DNA from: a virus
Taxonomy: Duplodnaviria > Caudoviricetes
Direction: 5' to 3' (one strand)
Virus record (IMG/VR): IMGVR_UViG_3300037048_000284
Location: 1 to 34,704 of that record
DNA length: 34,704 nucleotides
Shown here one piece after another: positions 7,064-14,246 of the stretch; the stretch's first letter is position 1, and each line of letters starts with the position of its first letter. The notes beneath the pieces are model-generated. The model was not told the origin of the DNA and did no database searches. It saw only the letters and a list, made by a program, of their open reading frames with translations. Both the position numbers and the translations under genes were made by a program.

Positions 7064-9075
7064 TGCTCACCGCCCCCAACGACACCACCAGGCGCTACCG
7101 CGGCTCGATGAAGCATTTGGGCGATAACTACAATCGGGTCCTCCCCTTCCTCGCCGAGGGCAACCGCTACCGGTTCCATTTCTCCAAATCCGAGAAGCAG
7201 GTGTATCGTCGTCGAAAGAAAATCAAGCCGACCGAGTGGGCCCCGAAGAACTTCAAGGTCCCCTACGGCCCTTTCGAGTCGCGATTTCTCAACTTCGACG
7301 TCACACCGCATCTCCACGGCATGCTCGATGCCTATGCCTTGCCTTTCGTGCGCAAGATCACGGTGTGTGCCGCCCCACAAACCACCAAAACCACCTTTGC
7401 CCATGTGGCAACTTCCTGGAGCTCGGTGTTCGAACCGGGGCCGGTCTTGCACTGCTACCCCACCGAATCGGCGGCAATCGAGATCATGGAGGAGCGGATC
7501 CAGCGGACCTACAAGGAATCGCCGCAGCTTAGCCGCATGCTCACCGGCCGAAAGGAAGACATGGGGAAATACAAGCTGCGCTTGCGCAATATGTGGCACC
7601 GTATCGCCTGGTCGGGCTCGGTCACCTCGACCGCCCACCGCTCGGTGAAAATCTACGTGGCCGACGAGGTCGACAAGTACAACGAGTTCCCGAGCGAGCA
7701 CGAGGCCTCGACGCTCGATCTGCTCAAACTGCGATTGCGCACCTACAAGAACACCGGCAAGGGTGTGATCCTCAGCTCGACCTCGGTGGAGGGTGGCTTT
7801 ATCTGGCGCGAGCTCACCAAGGAGACCGAGGCGGTGTTTGTGTTCTGGTCGGTTTGCCCCTACTGCGGCACCGAACAGCTGATGGACTTCAGCAAGGACA
7901 CCTGGATCTGGCCCCACGACGAGGCCGGCCACTCCCTCGACCGCAAGGAGATCTTCTCGAAAAAGCTGGCCCGCTATGTCTGCACCGCCCCTGGATGCCG
8001 CCGGGAGTGGGACGACGATGTCCGTGACAAGGCGCAGCGCCTTAACATGAAGCACGGTTGGCGACTGCGCACCGAGGACGGCGGCAAGGGTGAGGAGATG
8101 TTCCGCCACCTCGCGCGCAATCGGTCCGCGACCATCGGCTTTCTCGTGCCAAGCTGGATCTCCTACTTCGTTTCGCTCTCCGAAGTGGCGGCCGACTACC
8201 TCAAATGCAAGGATAAAAACCTCAGCCCGGAAGAGCAATTCGGCGCCTACAAGCACTTCCAGAACGCCCATCGCTCCCTGCCCTGGCGGGTGGAACTGCA
8301 GGCTCAGCCGGTGGAGAAGCTGCTCGAGTTCCGGGACGATCGCCCCGAAGGCATGCTTCCCGGCGGCGAGCGGGTCGCCTCGCTGCTGGCGTCGATCGAC
8401 ACCCAGGATGACAACCTCTTCTATCTCTCCATCTGGGCCATCGGTTACGGCTTTACCAACGAACAGTGGCTGGTGCGGAGACGGCAGGTGGATTCCTTCA
8501 CGGCCATCGCCGAGATCCTCTGGAACTCGGAATACTTCGACGTCGACGGGCAGCGCTACTTCATCGAGCATGCCTTTATCGATATGCTTGGCCACCGCAC
8601 CAAGGAGGTCATCGAGTTCTGCATCCAATACGAGGGCCTGATCACCCCGGTGTTCGGCTCGGCTCGGGCAATGTCCCAGCCCTACGCCTTCAGCCAGCGC
8701 GAATACTGGCCGGGCACCGATCAGCCGATCACCAACGGCGGTATCCGCGCGATCCGCATCAATACCAAGTACTACAAGGACAACATGGCGGTGAAGCTGT
8801 CGCTGGAGCCGGACTCGCCGGGATGCATCCACCTCTTCAAGGAGGTCGGCGAGGATTACTGCAAACAGCTGGTGTCCGAGTGCCGCGACGAAAAGGGTAA
8901 TTGGAAGCAAATCGGCAGCAGACCCAACCACTACTGGGACAACTGGATGGCCGTTAACTGCCTGGCAGATTGGTTGGATGTTAAAACCCGCCCCCGACCG
9001 GACAGTCGCGAGGTGCGCGAAGAAGAAGATAGTGTCGTGGCGGCGGTGATGGTCGCCGATGTCGGGAGATATTAA
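7060..9075 (+). CDS. terL: Terminase large subunit, lambda gpA family
   Basis: TPHL adenine-binding region, Walker A-like PQTTKTT, Walker B YVADEVDKY, R.RTY, CPYC...C zinc motif, nuclease SIDTQ and NHYWD. Confidence 0.95.
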   Translation: MMLTAPNDTTRRYRGSMKHLGDNYNRVLPFLAEGNRYRFHFSKSEKQVYRRRKKIKPTEWAPKNFKVPYGPFESRFLNFDVTPHLHGMLDAYALPFVRKITVCAAPQTTKTTFAHVATSWSSVFEPGPVLHCYPTESAAIEIMEERIQRTYKESPQLSRMLTGRKEDMGKYKLRLRNMWHRIAWSGSVTSTAHRSVKIYVADEVDKYNEFPSEHEASTLDLLKLRLRTYKNTGKGVILSSTSVEGGFIWRELTKETEAVFVFWSVCPYCGTEQLMDFSKDTWIWPHDEAGHSLDRKEIFSKKLARYVCTAPGCRREWDDDVRDKAQRLNMKHGWRLRTEDGGKGEEMFRHLARNRSATIGFLVPSWISYFVSLSEVAADYLKCKDKNLSPEEQFGAYKHFQNAHRSLPWRVELQAQPVEKLLEFRDDRPEGMLPGGERVASLLASIDTQDDNLFYLSIWAIGYGFTNEQWLVRRRQVDSFTAIAEILWNSEYFDVDGQRYFIEHAFIDMLGHRTKEVIEFCIQYEGLITPVFGSARAMSQPYAFSQREYWPGTDQPITNGGIRAIRINTKYYKDNMAVKLSLEPDSPGCIHLFKEVGEDYCKQLVSECRDEKGNWKQIGSRPNHYWDNWMAVNCLADWLDVKTRPRPDSREVREEEDSVVAAVMVADVGRY

Positions 9076-9084
9076 GGAGAGGCC

Positions 9085-9300
9085 ATGGAGAAAACGACCG
9101 GAACAATCCTCGTGGGCATGAAGGCGATCTGTAAATTCACCGGTCGTTCCGAAAATACCGTGAAGAGATGGATCAGGATGCAGAACTTTCCCGCGGTCTT
9201 TGTCGACGGGCGATGGGAGTCAAACAGCGCTTTGATCGATACCTTCATGCTGCGGCGGATTAAAACCTTAATCGAGAGTTCCGGTCGGGAGGCGGCGTGA
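9085..9300 (+). CDS. Xis/AlpA-like winged-HTH DNA-binding protein
   Basis: ILVGMKAICKFTGRSENTVKRWIRMQNFPA...GRW pattern; AAGGAGAGG SD. Confidence 0.85.
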   Translation: MEKTTGTILVGMKAICKFTGRSENTVKRWIRMQNFPAVFVDGRWESNSALIDTFMLRRIKTLIESSGREAA

Positions 9301-9899
9301 AGATGAGCACCATCATCCCCACCGCCGGTTTCTGTCCCATCACCCGCCGCGATCCTGCGGCTTGCGTGTATTCCGGCTTCCGGCAGGCCTGTGCCAGATT
9401 TTTTGCAAAGCGTTCCGAGAAAACCGGATCCAGTCTTTATCCGCCCTGTCGGCCGGTGCCGACCGAGTCAAAGAGGATCGAGACCACGCCGGAAACCGAA
9501 ATTCCACCACAAAAGGAGATTGCCATGGCGGACAGTAGTAAGGGCAGTTCAAAGAAGTGCGCGTCATGCGGAAAACAAAAGAATCTCATCAGCCATCTCG
9601 GCAAGAATGTTTGCGCAAGCTGCATGGCAATACGCATCGCCGCGAAAAACAAGCCGGAGTTGGTCGTTGCCGCTCTGCGCGAGTTCGACACCTTCCCGAA
9701 AATCTCTGCATCTCGACAGGAAAACACCGATGCCATAACGGAGCTTGAGATCCTGCGTACCGAAAACGCTTCGCTAGTTGAAGAGGTCAAGAGGTTGCGG
9801 GAGTCCGATGGCGGGATCGGGAACTTCCTTGGCAAGCATTTGCTGGCCGACGGAAAGGGAATCTCCATCGATATCCGCCCGATTCGCGAAGCGGCGTAG
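9297..9899 (+). CDS. Hypothetical zinc-ribbon / coiled-coil protein
   Basis: CASC...CASC pairs and a coiled coil (ELEILRTENASLVEEVKRL); GTGA coupling. A possible internal start at 9525 follows AAGGAG. Confidence 0.65.
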   Translation: MKMSTIIPTAGFCPITRRDPAACVYSGFRQACARFFAKRSEKTGSSLYPPCRPVPTESKRIETTPETEIPPQKEIAMADSSKGSSKKCASCGKQKNLISHLGKNVCASCMAIRIAAKNKPELVVAALREFDTFPKISASRQENTDAITELEILRTENASLVEEVKRLRESDGGIGNFLGKHLLADGKGISIDIRPIREAA

Positions 9900-9976
9900 C
9901 ATCCTGGTCCAGATCATCGAGCTGCGAGATTATGCATGATAACGAAACTAGAATATTGCACCATCGAGGATCAACC

Positions 9977-10135
9977 ATGAACCAAAATCTCTTTGAACAC
10001 ATGCACGAAGAATACGGCCTTGTCCTTACCGAGGATGAGATGGAGGTGATAAAAGCGGCGATAAGGGAGGATGAAAAACATGATCAAGAGACATCCGCAA
10101 GCCATGAAACAACTGTCCCTTCCCTTCCCGATTAA
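9977..10135 (+). CDS. Small acidic hypothetical protein
   Basis: GAGGA SD; MNQNLFEHMHEEYGLVLTEDEMEVI. Confidence 0.5.
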   Translation: MNQNLFEHMHEEYGLVLTEDEMEVIKAAIREDEKHDQETSASHETTVPSLPD

Positions 10136-10316
10136 GCCGTGCCTGCACCACTCCTGCTTTGTCACCATGGCCTATGTTCCCGCTGGTCTGGTGTGTGCGG
10201 ATTGCGGAAAGCTGTTGTTTCAATACCTGCCGCAGTCGCCCGAGCAGCTCGGCTATGTCTCGGCGGATTGGGCCTGGAAATATGTTCATGGCAAAGAGTG
10301 GACATCGAGAGTGTAA
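10080..10316 (+). CDS. Small Cys-containing hypothetical protein
   Basis: AGGGAGGA SD; C.H...C..C motif; ends 3 nt before the DUF5131 gene. Confidence 0.5.
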   Translation: MIKRHPQAMKQLSLPFPIKPCLHHSCFVTMAYVPAGLVCADCGKLLFQYLPQSPEQLGYVSADWAWKYVHGKEWTSRV

Positions 10317-10319
10317 ATT

Positions 10320-11147
10320 ATGGGAAAAGATAGCCTGATTGAATGGACCGACCACACTTGGAATCCTTGGCAAGGATGTTTCCAGGTCTCGGCGGGGTGC
10401 GTCAACTGCTATATGTTCAGAGATAAGCTGCGGTTTGGCCAAGATCCCCACCTTGTTGTCAGATCATCTCCCGCGACCTTTCGCAAGCCGCTTTCGTGGA
10501 GAAGGGCGACGAAGGTGTTTGCCTGCAGCTGGTCAGACTATTTTATCGAAGATGCCGACCAATGGAGAGACGAGGCCTGGGAGATAATCAGAAGTTGTCA
10601 GCATTTGACGTTCCAGATCCTCACCAAGCGGCCAGAGAATATCGTTGATCGTCTGCCGGGTGATTGGCCTTTGCCGAATGTTTGGCTCGGGGTCACCGCC
10701 GAAACCCAACGGGAAGCCGATCTAAGGATTCCCTTGTTGCTCCGAATTCCTGCGGATGTTCGGTTTGTCTCGGTGGAGCCGATGCTGGGAAATGTCGATC
10801 TTTCGCAGTTTCTTGGAAAAGTGAATGGCTGCAACCTCTATTGCCGAACATCGAAAGATTCTTGCCGCGCTCAAAGTGGTGGTTGTTGCCATGCAAACGA
10901 TACAGCTCCTGGTCTTGATTGGGTGATCTGCGGCGGAGAGTCCGGGCCGCAGGCGAGAAAGATGCAAGTGGAGTGGGCGGAGTCGTTACGCGATCAATGC
11001 GCGGCCGCAGGCGTGCCGTTCTTTATGAAACAGATGAGCGGGAAGGCGAAACAGGAAAGGGAGACCATTCCAGAGTATTTGGGAAAAAAACAATTTCCAA
11101 CGACGAAACACGAGAAGGCGGGGTTTCTGGCGGCGGTGGGGAGGTGA
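10320..11147 (+). CDS. DUF5131 / phage Gp37-Gp68 family protein (radical-SAM-like)
   Basis: IEWTDHTWNPWQGC..VSAGCVNCY (Cx6Cx2C), FQILTKRP, NVWLGVT.E, RFVSVEP.LG, DWVICGGESG and VPFFMKQ. Confidence 0.93.
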   Translation: MGKDSLIEWTDHTWNPWQGCFQVSAGCVNCYMFRDKLRFGQDPHLVVRSSPATFRKPLSWRRATKVFACSWSDYFIEDADQWRDEAWEIIRSCQHLTFQILTKRPENIVDRLPGDWPLPNVWLGVTAETQREADLRIPLLLRIPADVRFVSVEPMLGNVDLSQFLGKVNGCNLYCRTSKDSCRAQSGGCCHANDTAPGLDWVICGGESGPQARKMQVEWAESLRDQCAAAGVPFFMKQMSGKAKQERETIPEYLGKKQFPTTKHEKAGFLAAVGR

Positions 11148-11384
11148 TCAGGTAATCCCAAGTATCTTGTCGATGCTCATGTTGATCTCTACCGAGGAGG
11201 TAATGCCGTCACGCAAGGCATCCCCCCGGCCAATCGTCGGAAACTCGGTGATGACGCGAAAGCCTTTCTTGATTCGCTTGGTCAGGTAGTCACGCAGTTC
11301 TTCCGGGGAGAGGTTGCGAATTTGCGCGGAGGTCAGCCCCGATTTTCGCTCGATTCCGACCAAGACCATCTTGCTCAGCGACAT
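11148..11384 (-). CDS. Hypothetical protein, third gene of the hicBA cassette
   Basis: AAGGAGA SD on the minus strand, 78 aa. Its stop abuts the DUF5131 stop (TGATCA). Confidence 0.75.
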   Translation of the reverse strand: MSLSKMVLVGIERKSGLTSAQIRNLSPEELRDYLTKRIKKGFRVITEFPTIGRGDALRDGITSSVEINMSIDKILGIT

Positions 11385-11429
11385 GGGGTCTCCTTGCTTT
11401 TGAGGGGTGGCGTTCCGCATGAAAGACGG

Positions 11430-11672
11430 CTATTCCCAAAAACTGTTGGCGTCGATACCGAAACGTCGCAGCAGTGCGATGATGACCGGAATGGAAATCT
11501 CGGTACCGTCGCCGTGGTGCTTGATGGGATATTGCGCGCCCTTGGTCGATCCCGGCGCGTCGGGTTTAAGGAGGATGACTTCGGAGCCCTTGCCCCGCTT
11601 GACCATGGCGACAATGCCGTGCGGGCGCAAGCGTTCGATCAGCTCGCGGTACCGCAGCGGGCGTTTAGGCAT
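11430..11672 (-). CDS. hicA: HicA-family toxin (GSH motif altered to GSE)
   Basis: PLRYRELIERLR.HG....RGKGSE.IL...YPI.HHG..EIS..VI..LLRRFGID pattern in 80 aa; overlaps the hicB stop. Confidence 0.8.
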   Translation of the reverse strand: MPKRPLRYRELIERLRPHGIVAMVKRGKGSEVILLKPDAPGSTKGAQYPIKHHGDGTEISIPVIIALLRRFGIDANSFWE

Positions 11673-12036
11673 GGCATGCCTGGCGGGTTTTCGCGGTCAG
11701 CCAAGGGGGAAGAATGAAGTCGTGACGAATCTTCTCGCAACGCTTTTCCAGACGGTAGCGGCGCTCCTCGAGGCGGCCCTTGCAAAAGAGGAACTCGGCC
11801 CAAACCTCGGCCGGAGCCGAGTGGTAGAGGTTGTCGAGATTGTTGTGGGCGAAGGCGTATTCCACCTGGGCGCAGATCAGCGAGACACACTCTTTCTCGG
11901 CCTCGCCGGCGGTGGCTCCGGTGGCGACGATATCGAACTCCAGGCAGTGGGCGACGAAAACGCCGTCTTCTTCCTTGGTGAAGATATTGACGCTGATCGA
12001 GGGATCGGCGGTGGTGGTGTTGAGCAATTCTCCCAT
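11665..12036 (-). CDS. hicB: HicB-like antitoxin (no obvious DNA-binding C-terminal domain)
   Basis: EEDGVFVAHCLEFDIVATGAT..EA partial RNase H-fold motif; GCAGGAG SD. Confidence 0.8.
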   Translation of the reverse strand: MGELLNTTTADPSISVNIFTKEEDGVFVAHCLEFDIVATGATAGEAEKECVSLICAQVEYAFAHNNLDNLYHSAPAEVWAEFLFCKGRLEERRYRLEKRCEKIRHDFILPPWLTAKTRQACHA

Positions 12037-12083
12037 GGTCGCGCTCCTGCTGTGGGGTTGTTTCTCTCGGGGGTGGCAATCAT

Positions 12084-12112
12084 ATAGTACCTCGTTTTCG
12101 GCCGATTGTGAA
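12084..12112 (-). promoter_or_regulatory. sigma70-type promoter for hicB-hicA-orf3
   Basis: Minus strand TTCACA (12112-12107), 17-bp spacer, TACTAT (12089-12084), ~48 nt upstream of the hicB ATG. Confidence 0.7.
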
Positions 12113-12373
12113 GGGCGGCCTTGTTCTCCCGCCGTAAAATCGTCTTGCTAAGCGTCCGACGGGGATGCGTCGTCGCCGGGCTCGGGTGTATTTTGATTCG
12201 CAACTCTCATACCTGCTAAGCAGCTCTCACTTCCGCGAACGTTTCAACCCATTCGACTTGCACCACTCTTTGGAGTTGTTCTTAAAGTCCCCCTCCCCTC
12301 ACCCCCTTCCTCACCCCCCACTTTGCGCTCCATCCACGCTGTTAGAAAAACCCCCTGTCAATAGCCATTTTGT

Positions 12374-12410
12374 CATCATGGGGCATCATGGAACATCATG
12401 GAGCATCATA
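12374..12410 (+). repeat. Four direct repeats CATCAT(G/A) with exact 10-bp period, upstream of the head operon
   Basis: Units at 12374, 12384, 12394 and 12404. A -10-like TATGCT lies at 12436-12441 with no good -35. Confidence 0.85.
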
Positions 12411-12480
12411 GACCAGAATCGAAAAAAACCGGGTGTATGCTTTCTGAAGATTTCGAAACTCCCTTCTTCAAGAGGCAAAA

Positions 12481-12714
12481 ATGGCTACCTACACCTGGGC
12501 AGAGCACGCGACCGTAAAGCAGGCGATACTCGATTTGGCCTCCGGCAAACGCCGAGTCAAGTTCGTCATCGACGGCGAGGTGGCGGAATACTCCCCGGTG
12601 CAGTTGCCCGAACTCCGCGCCCTGCTCGCTGACATCGAAACATCCCTGGCCGAGAACGATCCCGAAACCGGTACCATCCGTGGCTTTTATATCATCGGGG
12701 GAAAAGGCCTATGA
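12481..12714 (+). CDS. Head-tail adaptor, gpW-like
   Basis: AI.DL.SGKR......DG...EY....L.ELR.L...IE; directly precedes the portal. Confidence 0.88.
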   Translation: MATYTWAEHATVKQAILDLASGKRRVKFVIDGEVAEYSPVQLPELRALLADIETSLAENDPETGTIRGFYIIGGKGL

Positions 12715-14246
12715 CGTTCCCAGCCGGCACCATCCTCGATAGTCGCGGCCTACCAATCTCCGCCGAAGCCATGCCCACGCCGAATTACGAGGCGGCATCG
12801 ATCAGCGCGCGGATGGGCGATTGGGGAATGTCCGGAGCCGGGCCGACGGCGGCACTCGCCGGGGGATTGGCGACGGTGCGCAAGCGCTCGCGCGATGCCG
12901 AGCGCAACAACCCCAGCGCCAAGGGCGGCATCGACTCTTTTGTCTCCAACCTGGTCGGGACAGACATCTCTCCCAATTGGAACCTCGACAACAAAGAGCA
13001 GAAAGACGAACTGCAGCAGCTATGGGCCGACAGCCAGCTTGAGGCCGACTTCTACGGGGTCTCGGATTTCTACGGTACCCAGGAGATCGCCTGCCGTTCG
13101 ATCATCCGCGACGGCGAGGTCCTCGGCCGCTTCCACGATGTCGACCCCGCCGAAGGGTTGCTTGTTCCCCTGCAGGTGCAGCTCCTCGAGGCCGACCACC
13201 TCGACCACGCCTACCACGACATCAGCCCCGAGGGCAACGAGATCCGCTTCGGCATCGAATGGCGCCAGGGCCGCCGCCATCGCTATTGGCTCTGGGCCGA
13301 CCACCCCGGAGAGAACTTTCTCACCGGCAGCGACATGACCCGCAAGCCGGTCGACGCCAAGGATATCGTTCATGTCTTTCGCCCTCTGCGGGCCGGGCAG
13401 GCCAGGGGTATCGGCTGGCTGGCCCCGATCATTGTCAAGCTGCGCGAGATCGATATCTACGACGATGCCGAATTGGTGCGCAAAAAAACGGCGGCCCTCT
13501 GGGGCGGTTTCATCTATGCCGATTCTCCACCGACCGCCAGGGTCAACATGGGCGGGGAAAACAAGGGCGTCAACGCCTCCGGCATCAGCTCGATCGAGCT
13601 CAAGGCCGGCACCTTCCCGGTTCTGAAAAACGGGATGAAGGTGCAGTTCCACCAAACCCCGGACGTCGGCAACAACTACCTCGATTTCATGAAGACCCAG
13701 TTCCGCGAGATCGCCCGCGGCCTGGGCATTACCTATGAGCAGCTTACCGGCGATTTGTCGGGCGTAAACTTCACTTCGCTGCGGGCCGGGCTGATCGAGT
13801 TTCGCCGCCTATGCGAGACGATCATTGCCCGCACCCTGGTTTTCCAATACTGCCGTCCCTACGTCAATCGCTGGATTCGCACCGCCGTGCTGGGCGGTGC
13901 CACCCGAACCATCTCGGTTTCCGAATACCTGCGCAATCCCCGCGCCTTTCACCGCGTCGACTGGAACCCCGACGGCTGGGATTTCGTGCAGCCGGTGGTT
14001 GACCGAATCGCCGAGCAGATGGATATCCGCAACGGTCTTGAAACCCGTGGCCAGAAGGTTGCCAAGCGCAGCGGCAACATCGATCAGGTCGACCGCCAGA
14101 ACGCCGCCGAGAAGGCCAGCGCCGAGGGCAAGGGCTTGGTCTATGACTGCTATCCGTCCCAGACCAACCAGAGCGGGACATTGCAGCAGATCACCGAGAA
14201 AACCATTATCGCGTCCGCCACCGCCGATGAGGAGCGCCAATCATGA
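12711..14246 (+). CDS. Portal protein, lambda gpB family
   Basis: YEAAS, RSRD..RNNP, DGEV, LQVQLLEADHL, R.GQ.RGI.WLAP, GITYEQLTGDLS.VNFTS.RAGL.EFRR. Confidence 0.97.
   Translation: MTFPAGTILDSRGLPISAEAMPTPNYEAASISARMGDWGMSGAGPTAALAGGLATVRKRSRDAERNNPSAKGGIDSFVSNLVGTDISPNWNLDNKEQKDELQQLWADSQLEADFYGVSDFYGTQEIACRSIIRDGEVLGRFHDVDPAEGLLVPLQVQLLEADHLDHAYHDISPEGNEIRFGIEWRQGRRHRYWLWADHPGENFLTGSDMTRKPVDAKDIVHVFRPLRAGQARGIGWLAPIIVKLREIDIYDDAELVRKKTAALWGGFIYADSPPTARVNMGGENKGVNASGISSIELKAGTFPVLKNGMKVQFHQTPDVGNNYLDFMKTQFREIARGLGITYEQLTGDLSGVNFTSLRAGLIEFRRLCETIIARTLVFQYCRPYVNRWIRTAVLGGATRTISVSEYLRNPRAFHRVDWNPDGWDFVQPVVDRIAEQMDIRNGLETRGQKVAKRSGNIDQVDRQNAAEKASAEGKGLVYDCYPSQTNQSGTLQQITEKTIIASATADEERQS

Noticed and set aside
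6958-8931. 657-aa minus-strand ORF, and similar long antisense ORFs at 3212-4525, 6245-7030 and 21175-22029
   Set aside because: They mirror well-supported plus-strand genes, have no motifs, and are expected from GC-rich codon bias.
9286-9899. Shared C-terminal REAA in adjacent proteins (also KEAA near 575) as a degron system
   Set aside because: Largely explained by GGAGGCGGC-(A/G)TGA SD/stop-start coupling, which is common in phage operons.
12333-12361. Perfect TTGACA on the minus strand (also at 2488-2493) as a promoter
   Set aside because: No acceptable -10 hexamer 16-18 bp downstream in either case.
12374-12410. Repeats as a CRISPR array (also considered for 4752-4935)
   Set aside because: Units are 7-10 bp with 3-12 bp gaps, there are no unique 30-40 bp spacers, and no cas genes.
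11407-12632. Plus-strand ORFs 11407-12087 and 12165-12632
   Set aside because: The first is the antisense shadow of hicBA. The second crosses the regulatory region and overlaps gpW out of frame. Neither has an SD or motifs.
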